Below, one piece after another: positions 1 to 11,875 of a stretch of 64,000 nucleotides of DNA. Every line of letters starts with the position of its first letter. The stretch's first letter is position 1. The DNA is from Nemertoderma westbladi. Taxonomy: Eukaryota > Animalia > Xenacoelomorpha. Location: positions 1 through 64,000 of the forward strand of contig JAUCBJ010001639.1 of the NCBI GenBank assembly GCA_032718475.1, written 5' to 3'. A program made the translations under genes and the position numbers. The notes below the pieces were generated by a model that saw only the letters and a program-made list of their open reading frames with translations, was not told the origin of the DNA and made no database searches.

Positions 1-5
1 AATAA

Positions 6-1736
6 TTAGGAGATACCGAACGAGTTTATAGAAGGTCCGTCTACGTGTGTTCTAGAACGCGCGCCTCTAACGGCAGAGCCCTGCACCGCTGATTGCACCT
101 CGTCCATGAAGCTACTAAGATTAAGGACGCTGGTTGCGCCCAACAGTACGCGAACCCCAGAGCCGGAATTATTAATCGAATGAACCAGCAAACTCTCCTC
201 GAACGTGCAGCCGCCTATTACGAATATAATGAGGTCCTGTGAGCGGTCGCGAGTCATTGCGTTACTAAGATATGGGTACACAGATTCCTTGAGCTTACCT
301 TTGACAGCGGAGTCTATCACCGTAGCGATCCAAGGTTTGTGCTGTGTATAAATATTCTCGACGCCTTTCAACCCTTTAAACAACCGTTTGGTTATGTGAA
401 TCGGGTTCTCTGTGCCGAATAGGTCCGAGGACCGCACCCGGTGACCGCCGTATTCCAACACCGAGGCCGTGAGTCTAACCAACCCGGACTCGGAACCGTG
501 GCGTCGCATCGCGTCTAACAAACCCGCGGAGTCGTTGTTAGTATGCCGCTCGTAACGCAGCTGGTACAGCGAAACGAGTCGGCAGAAATTCGCGTGGGAG
601 AGTTTATTAGCGGATATGAGCGCGCGTATCTTGTGGAGGGCAGCGGAATGGTCCCCGTGGCAGGCTAACTCCTGCTCAACCTCAGATACCTCTAAGAGAT
701 GGTTCTTCGCTATGAGTCGAGACAGTTCGCCCACTATGGTCACGTGTTTGGCCACTGTCCCGGACATCTTTTTGAACTGCGGGTAGGTCTCAAGGAATGC
801 TTTCATATCGCTTATAGATTCCACCTTCTGTTGGCTCTTCGATTTAACCTGGAATTCGTCCATAAGGGTTTTAATGTTCTGCGCGATTTCTCCGAAGTTT
901 CCGTACATGTTTGCGGCGTAGAAATCGTCCTGGTCCGGGGAGAGAACGACTTCTTTGAGCTCCTTGGATACACCGGGGACGTCGCTAAGGTCGACTCGAT
1001 TGTTACGGATACCAAGCAGCTCATGGACCATGGCCTGGTATGTCCACTGGTTGAGTAACGGAGTCACGACGTCCTCGCTGCGGTCCAACACTATGAGAAC
1101 CGGCTCGGTCTCCGAGCGACGGAAGTCGAACAAACTCGGCTCCTTGTTGATTAAACTGCGCAGCGATTCGGCTAGTCGTCTAGCAGTGTCCGAGGAGTTC
1201 TGGTAGCGGATGGCCGGACTGAGTTTTAGGGAGAGGAGAACCGCAGCGATTCCTTGCGTCGCCCGCAGCAACGCGGCTGACTGCCACTGACTTCGGCCGC
1301 GGTAGCATCCGACTAGATTCAACGAGAACAAATGAGGCGCTGCGGCGATGAAGTCGCAGAAATATTCCGATACTTCGGAAATAACTTCATTTTCATCGGC
1401 TTCCGCTAAGAATTTAAGTTCGGTTTTACTGATGACATTGCTGAAGTAAAGGAAGTAACTGCAATACCGCGGGCATTTAAGTTCATCCGCGAGGAGGTTT
1501 ACGTTCTCGTCGGTTGGTCGGACAAACACAACTGCTTTGAGGTGTTTCATCGAGTCTCGTGACCGGTTATCGAGTTTCTCGAATAGGTATATTTCTTTCT
1601 GCAGCATTTCGGACTGTGGGTAGACCATGCTGACGATACTGGTAGTTTCTGTGTCCATAAGCAGCACCTTCATCCCGGGTCCGGCCTCCCTAATCATTTT
1701 ACTTATGTACATACGGACCGCAGCCACCGCATCCAT
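6..1736 (-). CDS. VPS45: Vacuolar protein sorting-associated protein 45 (Sec1/Munc18 family), coding region without introns
   Basis: 576-aa uninterrupted ORF with VPS45-typical motifs: [17 protein letters not shown] at the N-terminus, [48 protein letters not shown] and [11 protein letters not shown]. Confidence 0.95.
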   Translation of the reverse strand: MDAVAAVRMYISKMIREAGPGMKVLLMDTETTSIVSMVYPQSEMLQKEIYLFEKLDNRSRDSMKHLKAVVFVRPTDENVNLLADELKCPRYCSYFLYFSNVISKTELKFLAEADENEVISEVSEYFCDFIAAAPHLFSLNLVGCYRGRSQWQSAALLRATQGIAAVLLSLKLSPAIRYQNSSDTARRLAESLRSLINKEPSLFDFRRSETEPVLIVLDRSEDVVTPLLNQWTYQAMVHELLGIRNNRVDLSDVPGVSKELKEVVLSPDQDDFYAANMYGNFGEIAQNIKTLMDEFQVKSKSQQKVESISDMKAFLETYPQFKKMSGTVAKHVTIVGELSRLIAKNHLLEVSEVEQELACHGDHSAALHKIRALISANKLSHANFCRLVSLYQLRYERHTNNDSAGLLDAMRRHGSESGLVRLTASVLEYGGHRVRSSDLFGTENPIHITKRLFKGLKGVENIYTQHKPWIATVIDSAVKGKLKESVYPYLSNAMTRDRSQDLIIFVIGGCTFEESLLVHSINNSGSGVRVLLGATSVLNLSSFMDEVQSAVQGSAVRGARSRTHVDGPSINSFGIS

Positions 1737-1857
1737 TATTCTAAATCAGCAACCAGGTAGGCCTAATGGTTCCTAATTCTGTAATTACGGAATTCTACAG
1801 ATTTGCAGAATTAGGCTAGGGTAAACTGGGGTAATTTGGGACAAAATCGTCCTTTAA

Positions 1858-4715
1858 CACTAATGCTAGCGCATGGACTACATTTGTAGTCAAGCCACTT
1901 TCAACAACTCTCCCCTCATCAACTTCTAATGCCTTGAAGGTGGTGCTTCATCTATCTGTAGGAAAACGCGTTTTCTATTGGATAATGCGTTTATATTATT
2001 GTATTTCCTGGCCAATGCCTGAGTTAAATGGTTAATTAATGTTGTTTAGCATATGGACTACATTTGTAGTCACAGTGTAGTATAAGGGATTTTGACAAAT
2101 TTAGTTAGTCATTGTCTTTATAAACCGTAGAGGCCCAGGGGCACCTGTCTGTATTCACTAAATATATTCATACAAATATGCAGAATTTAATTCTGGATAA
2201 TACTGTCTGACTGTAGGCCTAAATTATTACTTTCAGAATCAAATTTAGATACAGTACTGAGGTAGAGTTGCCGACCTGTTACTAACTAACCTGCCACATA
2301 TAGCCTGCTATAAGTGATACAAATACAATGACAAACTATAATCGGCTATTGTTTGAAAGCTATTTTCCTGATCAACGTGACCGTGATATTTTGGAGCAAG
2401 CTATTGAAACTATAAACGTACAGCACTGGCTTGATCTTGGTGATGAGACACCGGAACAAGATGAAGAAAATGGCACACAAAATGATGGAATCGAAAATAC
2501 AGTTGATATTTGTAATGTGGCAACGGGAACAGATATTAGAAATTCTGATGATGATGTTGAAAATGTGGTTGGTATCAGTGTCATTTTGGATGATGATGAG
2601 GCTGGTGATCTCAGCAGTGCTTCGGATTTTGACATGGAAACCACTCCATTTGACTGTAGTGATTTGAGCGACAGTGATACGAGTTCAGGTAATACTCTGC
2701 CTGCTGTCCACCCAATTTATGTGGCAAAGTCAGGTGCAGAATACACCACTGTGCAACCCCCACCATGCAAGCGTAGTAAACAAGATATTATCCGTTTCAG
2801 ACCAAGAGCCTTAGTCAATCCTGCAAGTGAAACTGAAAGTTTTGGCCTATACTTTACTGAAGAAATCCTTTATATTGTACTCCAAGAAACAAATAGACGA
2901 GGGAGGATATTGTTTTCAATAAAAAATCCCGGAGTGTCTGTCAGTAGATTCAAGGCTTTCTCATGCATAGAGCTTCGTGCAGGTATAGGTTTGCTGCTTC
3001 TAGCCGGTGTATACAAAAGTTCCCACCAACAGCTAACTGAGTTATGGAACCCGATTCACGGTCCTCCAATGTTTAGAGCCACCATGGGTTATAATCGTTT
3101 TGTTAGTCTCATTCAATGCCTACGTTTCGACAATAAAGCTACTCGAGGAGAACGTTTGAAAACTGATAAGTTTGCTGCTATACGAGATGTATGGAACATG
3201 TTTCAGGATACTTTGCTAAAGTACATCATACCTGAAGAGCAATTAACGATAGATGAACAGTTGCTTGGATATAGAGGACGAATGCCAGCGCGTACGTACA
3301 TGCCACGCAAACCAGGGAAATTCGGTTTGAAAAAAAATTGGATTGTAGAGGCAAAATCAGGATTTGCATTAAAGGGGTTGATATATAGTGGCAAAGATAC
3401 CGATGGAAAAGTTCATAAGGGGCTAGCAACCGAAATTGTGATGGAATTGAGTACCCCTTTCTATTACACTGGACGAGGGATAACAACCGATAACTATTTC
3501 ACTTCCTTTTCATTGGGGGTGAAACTCAAGGAGAAGGACTTGTCATTATTGGGAACACTCCGTGGTAACAGAAAGGAAATACCAAATGAAATAAAAAATA
3601 TTAAAGATCGCTCCCCTGATACATCGGTTTTCGTCCACAATTCAGCTGAAAAGATAACTCTTGTTTCATATGTCCCAAAAAAGAACAAAAATGTTATTCT
3701 ACTGAGCACGTCCCACGATCGATTTGAAGTAAACAAGGAAGGTAAGGCAATAATGATAGAGGATTATAATGAAACCAAGTATGGTGTTGATCTGCTGGAT
3801 ATGAGAATAGCTCACTTCTCTTGTAAAAGAAAAACAAATCGGTGGCCTCTGGCAGTCTTCTTCAACATTTTAGACATAGCTGGGTTGAACGCATTTCTAT
3901 TGATGGTGAAGAATGGTTACAGAAATGATCGTCGTGCTTTTATCAAGATACTGTCACTTTCATTGGTGGAAGCAAACATTAAGTTGAGATTATATTCACT
4001 GCAATTACCAAGATCATCGCGTTTGGCTGCATCTGTTTTGGGATATAAAAGTCTGCCAAATAGTAAAGTTCCTTCTGCGGGTCCCAGACGATGTAAGCTA
4101 TGTTTAGAAAGGTCAGATAGCAAGCAAACGAGAGTCCGGTGTGATAAATGCTTTGTACCAGTCTGCAAAGATCACCATATCGTTGTGAAAACATGTATTG
4201 AATGTTTGGGAGTCTAGACAAGTAACAACTATAGGCTTACCAGTGCTTCATAATAAACTATGCAATATTTAGAAAGGTTTAGCATGTTTAAAATTTAGAA
4301 ACGTCATATAGCAAGCAAACAAGAGTCCGGTGTGATAAATGCAAAGATAACCACAAACTTTTATTGACTGTTTGGGTATCTAAACAAACAACAACACAAC
4401 TGTAGTCTTCCTACTTTTTTTATATGAACTGAACTATGCAATACAATTTTATGTTGGAACTGAATATACAGATATACTTAAATAACCTAGAGCTCACACA
4501 TAATCATGTTGTTGTTATTGTATATGTTGTCCAACCCCCCCCCCCCCCCCCCCCAACCTAAAGTTTGGCATGAAAATGGTTCCAAACTATTTATTTTCTA
4601 TTTTTAAATAAAATTATTCAAAAAAATAACATTGTAAATAATGTTCAAATAATGTGACTACAAATGTAGTCCATACGCTAAACAACTTATATTGGAAACT
4701 GTGCTAGGATTAGTG
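1858..4715 (+). mobile_element. piggyBac transposon, full length
   Basis: TTAA at 1854-57 and 4716-19. TIR CACTAATGCTAGC / GCTAGGATTAGTG (1 mismatch). Palindromic subterminal repeat ATGGACTACATTTGTAGTCA at ~1873 and ~2053, inverted at ~4655. Encloses the transposase ORF. Confidence 0.93.
2328..4217 (+). CDS. piggyBac DDD transposase (PGBD-like)
   Basis: 629 aa. Catalytic motifs LTIDEQ, ITTDNYF and GVDLLD; YMPRKPGKFG; RKTNRWP; C-terminal cysteine-rich domain RRCKLC...CDKC.VPVCKDH...CIEC. Confidence 0.93.
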   Translation: MTNYNRLLFESYFPDQRDRDILEQAIETINVQHWLDLGDETPEQDEENGTQNDGIENTVDICNVATGTDIRNSDDDVENVVGISVILDDDEAGDLSSASDFDMETTPFDCSDLSDSDTSSGNTLPAVHPIYVAKSGAEYTTVQPPPCKRSKQDIIRFRPRALVNPASETESFGLYFTEEILYIVLQETNRRGRILFSIKNPGVSVSRFKAFSCIELRAGIGLLLLAGVYKSSHQQLTELWNPIHGPPMFRATMGYNRFVSLIQCLRFDNKATRGERLKTDKFAAIRDVWNMFQDTLLKYIIPEEQLTIDEQLLGYRGRMPARTYMPRKPGKFGLKKNWIVEAKSGFALKGLIYSGKDTDGKVHKGLATEIVMELSTPFYYTGRGITTDNYFTSFSLGVKLKEKDLSLLGTLRGNRKEIPNEIKNIKDRSPDTSVFVHNSAEKITLVSYVPKKNKNVILLSTSHDRFEVNKEGKAIMIEDYNETKYGVDLLDMRIAHFSCKRKTNRWPLAVFFNILDIAGLNAFLLMVKNGYRNDRRAFIKILSLSLVEANIKLRLYSLQLPRSSRLAASVLGYKSLPNSKVPSAGPRRCKLCLERSDSKQTRVRCDKCFVPVCKDHHIVVKTCIECLGV

Positions 4716-5029
4716 TTAAAGCTTTTTTCAGAATCTTAAAAACATTTTTTTGATAATCCGACCTTATCAAGTATGCACCATGTACCCATTCTATCAAACT
4801 AATTACTTAATTTTTATTTTCAAATAATTAATTACCTTTTTTTAATTAATATTCATCAGTGTCCCAAATTACCCCAGCATGGGGTAATTTGGGACAGTTG
4901 GGGGAATTTGGGACATAACATAAATCGAACAGTAGTAGCCCATTGTAATTGACACAAACTTTGTTGAGAAATTGTACAATGCATCAATAAGACCAAAAGT
5001 TGGGATTTTGGAGACTGTTCGACACCATC

Positions 5030-6190
5030 AGTACAACAGTCTCCCGCTAGAGGGCTACATGTCAAACATTAATAAATGTCCTCCCATCTGCCATCTCTCT
5101 GCATTTAATCCGACCAAAAGACAATGCTGAAACTTGTCATACTTGTATTAGACCGACCATATTAGCTCATAGCTGTCATGTGTCATTCAAAGGGGGCTAA
5201 TCTGCATGCAGTTCTTTAGTCTGCCGCTAGAGGGCCGAATATCTGAAAGTGAAATCCTTGACTCATTCCGTTATTTATGATCCGTTCAAGCTGAAACTTG
5301 TCAAAAATATGTTGTCTGTCTGTCTTTATGCCAGTATGTGCTCAGCCAGAATACATCATGCATCAATGTGCTGCTGCTGCTGTGTCTTGGAGGGGTCGGT
5401 AAGTGGTCTGCATTTCTTCAGTCTACCACTAGAGGGCAAAAAGTATGAAAGTGATAACCTTCCACTTCCCCTGTACCCATTCTGCCATTTACTTGATCTT
5501 AATCTGTTTAAGTTGAGTCTTGGAATATAGTACCAGATCACGACTACATGATGTGTCTTTTTGAGGAAGGTGATTCATCTGCAGTTCTCCAGTGTGCTCC
5601 TAGAGGGCGAAATGTCTGAAAGTGAAAACCTTCTCCCATTTCCGTGATTCTAATTCGATTACCTTTAGCTGAATGTTGGCATAGTATGTACTATAGGCCC
5701 TGCTACTGTACTATACCACATGTTGAATCTTTGGGAAGAAGGTTATCGGTCATCTGTTCTCCAGTCTGCCGCTAGAGGGCAAAAATGTCTGAAAGTGACA
5801 TCCTTGACTCATTCCTTTATTTATGATCTGTCCTAGCTGAAACTTGTCAAATATGTTGTCTGTCTGTCTGTAGTCATATGTATCAGTATGATCTCTCTTT
5901 AGAATACATCCTGCGTCAGTAGTGTGTCTTGCAGTCTTCAGGTCTTGGTGGGGTCGGTAATTGGTCTGCAGTTCTGTTCTCCAGTCTGCTCCTAGAGGGC
6001 AAAATGTATGAAAGTGATCTTCCGCTTACCCATGTCTTCATTTTCTTCATCTTAATCTGTTTAAGCTGAGTCTTGGAATATAAGTACCTGACCACGACTA
6101 CATGTTGTGTCTTTTTGATGAAGGTGATTAATCTGCTGCTGCTGCAGTTCTCCAGTCTGCTGCTAGAGGGCGAAATATCTGAAAGCGAAC
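5030..6190 (+). repeat. Diverged ~180-220-bp tandem repeat with one CTCF-like motif per unit
   Basis: Seven units with consensus TGCAGTTCTCCAGTCTGCCGCTAGAGGGCRAAATGTCTGAAAGTG; cores near 5044, 5224, 5426, 5598, 5769, 5990 and 6160. Confidence 0.75.
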
Positions 6191-6837
6191 ACCTTACACT
6201 TGCGACTTACCTGTGACGGCTAGTCTACAGCATTTAAAAGAGATAGAGAAAGTATGAAGCTAAGTGTAGGCCTATAATTTAAACAACCCACCAAACCCCA
6301 CTGCACTTACAGTTAAGAAAAGACTTGTCCCAAATTACCCCAACCTGTCCCAAATTCCCCCATGTCCCAAATTACCCCAGTTTACCCTATACCTATACCT
6401 ATACCAGTCAGTTAGGGTAGGTTTCTTAAATAGGAAGTTTTTTTTCTTCCTATATAGGAAATTTTTGCCATTTTTTTTTCTGAACATTTTCTTCGTTATC
6501 TTTTGAAATAAATTTTAGCGGCATATTTGAATATATACTACTACAATATATATACTACTACAATATATATACTACTACAATATATACTACTATACTACGT
6601 TTGTTGTGAAAACTAGAAAAAAAAACTATCTGTGCGTTCGCTTTCTATAGCCATTTTAAAAACGTTACCTTTTCCGAGAATTTCTTACATAGGAAATATT
6701 TTTTGGACTTCCTATTTAGGAGTTTAACTTATTTCTTATTTAAGATATTTTATGTCTTGATTTTTCTTAATTAAGAACAATTATGACTTGCCAGTTCAAT
6801 TTAAGACGATGTTTTTAATGTAGAGTGCGATAAATTA

Positions 6838-7859
6838 CGGTAAACTTCGGAGCGCGAACTTTATTCCTAAAATGTGAAAATGCGAATTGTGTTCCAATTC
6901 ACATCGAACTTTGTTCCTATTTTTGCGAATTTCGTTCCTATTTGAGTGAATTTTGTTCCTATGAAAATGAAATTTAATTAGTCAGTCTGTCTCGCAAATC
7001 TATTGCGAATTTTGTTCCTATGACAGCGAATTTTGTTCCTATGACAGCGAATTTTGTTCCACTCACAATTACAGTAGGCCTACTGCCTGACTGCAGTTGC
7101 AGTAGGTAGACTTGTGGTAGGCCTAGATGAAAAACAACAGGCATTCTGAAATTAACTTTCCCACGATTTCACATAATATTATTAGATTGAATAGGAAACT
7201 TTTACTTACTTCGAGAATCATTAACATAAATTAATTTTGCTTTATTAATTATCTTACCGCCAGTATTTTCAATTTCAACCCGCTATAGTGGCGCGCATTG
7301 AGCGCAAGTGAAATAATTTATAGTTTATTGTTTTGGTTAGAAAACACCGCCACTGTAACCTGCTCCTTTCCTTTAATGTTCTTAATTAAATGAAGCTAAA
7401 TCTCAAGTATTGGGCAAGTGTCCTAGCCTATTCGAAAACTGGCCTATTGGGCATATATAGATAGGCAGATAGGCCTACTGTAACAAATAATAATTGTTTG
7501 ATTTCGAATTTTTACATCCTATGCATATTGCATAGGCCTAGTTGGATTAATTGTAAACTACACATTAAGTAAGATAAACTAAATATAACTTAGTAATAAA
7601 TAATCCAATCCATAAACTGAAAGTAACTTACAGAGATTGGAACAAAGCTCGCAATAATAGGAACAAAGTTCGCATGATAGGTGATAGGAATAGGAACAAA
7701 GTTCGCAATAATTGGAACATAATTATCCTTGAAAATTCGATAGGAACATAGTTCGCAAGTAGAGGAACAAAGTTCGCTACGCGTTGGAACAAAATTCGCA
7801 AAAATGTAATAGGAACAAACAAAATTCGCGAAATATCAATAGGAACAAAATTCTCGCCG
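6838..7859. mobile_element. MITE with repetitive subterminal arrays (Mutator/Phantom-like, family uncertain)
   Basis: CGG...CCG ends. Tandem GCGAATTTTGTTCCTAT at 6855-7060 and inverted ATAGGAACAAAGTTCGC at 7640-7855. Confidence 0.6.
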
Positions 7860-7877
7860 CCAGTACAGTACAGTCAG

Positions 7878-8650
7878 TTTGCATAAATAATTATTAATTA
7901 TTAAAAAAAATATTATTGCATAAATAATTATTAATTATTAAAGAAAATATTATTGCATAAATAATTATTAATTATTGTAAAAATAATAGGCCCTATTGCA
8001 TAAATAATTATTAATTATTGTAAAAATAATATTGCATAAATAATTATTAATTGTTAATAAAAAATATTATTGCATAAATAATTACCGGTATTAATTATTA
8101 AAAAAAATATTATAGCATAAATAATTTATTAATTATTGTAAAAATATTATTGCATAAATAATTACCGGTATTAATTATTAAAAAAAATATTATTGCATAA
8201 ATAATTATCTGATTATTATATTAATTATTGTAAAAATATTATTGCATAAATAATTATCTGATTATTATATTAATTATTGTAAAAATATTATTGCATAAAT
8301 AATTAGGCCTATTAATTATTGTAAAAATAATATTGTATCAATAGTTAATAATTATTTTAAAATATTACTGCAAAGCAGCAAAGTAATTAGGCCTATTAAT
8401 TAAGCTTACTGGTCAGCCAGTCAGCTGGTATTGTAAAAATAATATTGCATGAATAATTATAACTGTATTAATCTGTTAATTATTACAATAATATTATTGT
8501 TTGATCCATAAATTATTAAATAATCATTAATCTGTTAATTATTATAAAAATAATAGGGCATATGCATTAGGCCTAATAATTATAAATTATTTTAAAAATA
8601 TTATTAATCAATAATTATTACTGAAATACGGTATATAATTATTGTAAAAA
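7878..8650. repeat. AT-rich minisatellite, ~36-48-bp unit TTGCATAAATAATTATTAATTATTGTAAAAATATTA
   Basis: More than 12 tandem copies visible, degrading towards the right. Confidence 0.85.
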
Positions 8651-9154
8651 ATATCCCTCTGTGTTGGAGGGATGTACTTTTATATTGCTGTATTATCTGA
8701 AACTGCAAAGTGCAAACCATATAGCCTAGACAGGATGACGGGGTAACTAACAGTATCCCAGCCCCAGCCCTATCAGGTCAGCTCAGTCTGTCAGTATCTG
8801 GAATGAACTGCTGGAATATATATATATTTTCTTATTTAACTGTTTAAGAAAAATATATACCGGTACATAAAATTGTTTAAATAAGAAATAAGTTAAACTC
8901 CTAAATAGGAAGTCCAAAAAATATTTCCTATAGGCCTAGGCCTATAAGAAATTCTCGGAAAAAGTAACGTTTTTAAAATGGCTATAGAAAGCGAACCAAC
9001 AGTCAGACAGTCTGAACGTAGTAAAGTAAAGATTAACCTGCAATAAGCAGGAATTCAAATATGCTGCTAAAATTTATTTCAAAAGATAACGAAGAAAATG
9101 TTCAGAAAAATGGCAAAAATTTCCTATATAGAAAGCACTTTTTCCTATACAGGA

Positions 9155-10914
9155 CAGTCAGTGATCTATGCCAAAATTGGCAGTTTTCAAAAATGGAAGT
9201 TTTTATTCCAATTTCGGCATTAATTCCAAAATTGGAACTAGTACTGATAGGCACCAGTCAGCCAGATATTAGATTAATAATGTATTTTGACAGTTTGAAC
9301 TAATCTATTTTCATGCAAATTTATTACCGTATAATGATGCATTTGCATTATATATATTTCGGTAAACGAACTTAGATCCTGCAGGGCGTGACTTTGACAG
9401 ACTTATAGATCCTATCCGGTAGTCCGGGGGAGCTTAGATCCTAACTACTGAACTAGGTGAACTTAGATCCCAGATTTATACAAATTCCTTAGCACACGCT
9501 AGACTGCTAGATGAGAGGCAAACTTAGATCCCACATCATATAGTGCTGGCCACGTTCAATTGATATTATAGTATTGTACTGTGTTACATTTTACATTAAG
9601 CATATAAAAGTACTTACAGACTTCTGGACTTATAATGATCTAATGCAAATAAGTCATACACTCAAAGTAGTTGCGATTAGTTAATCACCAACAAACTATA
9701 ATTTGCAAATTAATAGCTAATTCGGTGCAATGTATTATTTATTATTATTATGGTAGTAGGATCTACTGTAAGTTCGCTTCCCTTCAAGCGTGATAATATT
9801 TACAGTAAGGTCTGCTGGCCTATCTGCCTATGGCAGTATGGTGATGACGTTTTTACATTAACACAGCTATGGTACAGCAATATACTGAACTGATATATAC
9901 AGATATATGCAAGGTGGAATCTAAGTTCGTACTTTGAGGATCGAAGTTCATATGGGAAGGATCTAAGTTCGTATGGCAGTAGGGGAAGTATCTAAGAAAG
10001 TTCGCTTGGCTGCCTGGGAAGGATCTATGTTCAAATGGGAAGGATCTAAGTTCACCCAAGATCTAAGTTCGTTCAGGGTCTAAGGTGCTCTAGGATCTAA
10101 AGCGGTTACTTATGCAGTGGCACAAAGTCGGCATTTAATAAAACAAAAGGCACTGGTAATGAATGACCGCCTCTGGAAGTACTAACACTAACACAACAAC
10201 TGGAACTAAGTCTTCTTCAAGCTAAGCAGGTGATGGTGAATTCTTAAAAAAAGGTCAGAATGTATAGTTATACACAAACAGATACAAAGTATTGAAATTG
10301 ATAATGTGATCAAATCTTACATTGTTGTATGGCCCAGCGCAGGGCGTTTCTTATGTAGTTAAGAAGATATCATATCAAGGTTAACATTCACATTAAGGTA
10401 TTCGGATATTGGATAGTACAAGTACCGTACCTACTGTACGTACCCCATATACTACACACACAAGCACATGCAACTCACTACTGCACTAGAATGTATAACG
10501 TCACATCACAGCTGTCACAGCAGCACAGCATGACACTGACACATTTACAACAAAAGTTCGGTAATATACCAATATACTGATATACCAGTATACAGATATC
10601 TCTCTCTGCCAGTCTGCAGCTGCTCTTCCTCTATCAGAATAAAAAATGCCAAAAACGGCAGGTCAAAAACTTCCAATTTTGGAACTAGAGGTTACAGTAT
10701 CAAAATTTTAATCATAAAAAACCAAAAGCATGGTGAATTTTTTTTTATCTCGGTCAAAAGTTTCTAAATGCATCAAAATATAATTTTTTGCAAAATTTAG
10801 TTAACCCCAGCCAATATTGGCTGACCCTGGACAGAAAATATATCAAAAATTCCAATTTTGGCATGAAAACTTCCAATTTTGAAAAATGCCAATTTTGGCA
10901 TAGATCAGTGACTG
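9155..10914. mobile_element. Non-autonomous TIR element (CAGT termini, hAT-like)
   Basis: CAGTCAGTGATCTATGCCAAAATTGGCA...GGAAGTTTT at 9155 and its inverted copy ending at 10914. It interrupts the right arm of the 6413-10976 element. Confidence 0.65.
9360..10109. mobile_element. MITE with GAACTTAGATCC / GGATCTAAGTTC subterminal arrays
   Basis: AACTTAGATCC repeats at 9369-9531 and inverted GGATCTAAGTTC repeats at 9916-10100. A right end of the same family occurs at 56390-56549. Confidence 0.6.
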
Positions 10915-11079
10915 CAGGATATAGGACAGTAGGAAGAAAATAAAAATTCCTATTTAAGAAACCTACCGGTACCCTAACTACAGTGAACTGCCAGTCAGCC
11001 AGTATACAGCAATACAGCTAGGCTATATCACTGTATCAGTACCGGTATATGTAGGCCCCAGACTGCCAGACTGGAATCC

Positions 11080-11255
11080 ATAGACTTTGCGCCGGATTAA
11101 TCCGGCGCACTTTGCAATAAAAGCGCGCCAATGTGGCGCGTGGCGCGCTCGAAAATCGCAAAGCGCGCCGACTTTGGCGCGTGGTGCGCTCGAAAATCGT
11201 AAAGCGCGCCGGCTTTGGCCCGTGGCGCTCCCAAAAATAAAAACCTGCGCCGATT
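11080..11255. repeat. GC-rich 40-bp tandem repeat, probably a DNA-transposon terminus
   Basis: About 3 copies of AAAGCGCGCC..TTTGGCGCGTGGCGCGCTCGAAAATCG, preceded by the palindrome TGCGCCGGATTAATCCGGCGCA. Confidence 0.55.
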
Positions 11256-11657
11256 TGTTAGTTTACAGGTTTAAAAATTAGGCAGTTAGGCTATCAGTTA
11301 CTAGCAAAAATAAACTATCACCAGTCAGGATGTTTTTGTGTTATTGACTCTCATTTATTAGGGTATATTGGGTACGTACTAAAAGGTAGAACGATCTATA
11401 ACGGGCTATAACGGGTTATAACGATCTATAACGGGCTATAACTTCCTATAAACAAGCTATAACCACCTACTGTATAACGAGCTATAATATGAAAATTTAC
11501 ATTAGAAAAACGCCCCTTGGGTGTGTTTAACTTTTGGATTAACACGGTAGTCTGAAAAATACCGCAAGTTAAAAATTAAGGTAGGCCTATCTGCCTATGC
11601 CTAATTGATACTGATAAGATAAGTTGTTTTTATTGGCCTACAGTAGGGTCAGCCTAA

Positions 11658-11875
11658 TCACCCAACTACACCCAACTACACCCAACTTTCACCCAACTAC
11701 ACCCAACTTTCACCCAACTACCACCCAACTACACAGCTACACCCAACTTTCACCAACTACACCCAACTATACCACCCATCTACACCCAACTTTCACCCAA
11801 CTACACCCAACTTTCACCCAACTACACCCAACTTTCACCCAACTACCACCCAACTACACAGCTACACCCAACTAT
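11658..11875 (+). repeat. CACCCAACTA/CACCCAACTTT 10-11-bp minisatellite; inverted arrays at 13235-13425 and 15490-15626
   Basis: Direct tandem copies seen inside the arms of the foldback element. Confidence 0.85.

Larger units (their letters stand above)
1819..6387. mobile_element. Non-autonomous TIR DNA transposon with TA target duplication (Tc1/mariner-pogo type); hosts the piggyBac
   Basis: 25-bp TIR GGGTAAACTGGGGTAATTTGGGACA at 1819 and its exact reverse complement ending at 6387. TA on both flanks (1817-18, 6388-89). Subterminal copies of TGTCCCAAATT(A/C)CCCC at 4860-4915 and 6327-6378. Confidence 0.8.
6413..10976. mobile_element. Non-autonomous long-TIR element (TAGGG termini, hAT-like) containing several nested insertions
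   Basis: TAGGGTAGGTTTCTTAAATAGGAA at the left and the inverted copy ending at 10976. 6450-6750 is the reverse complement of 8870-9130. The right arm is split by the 9155-10914 insertion. TSD not clear. Confidence 0.65.
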
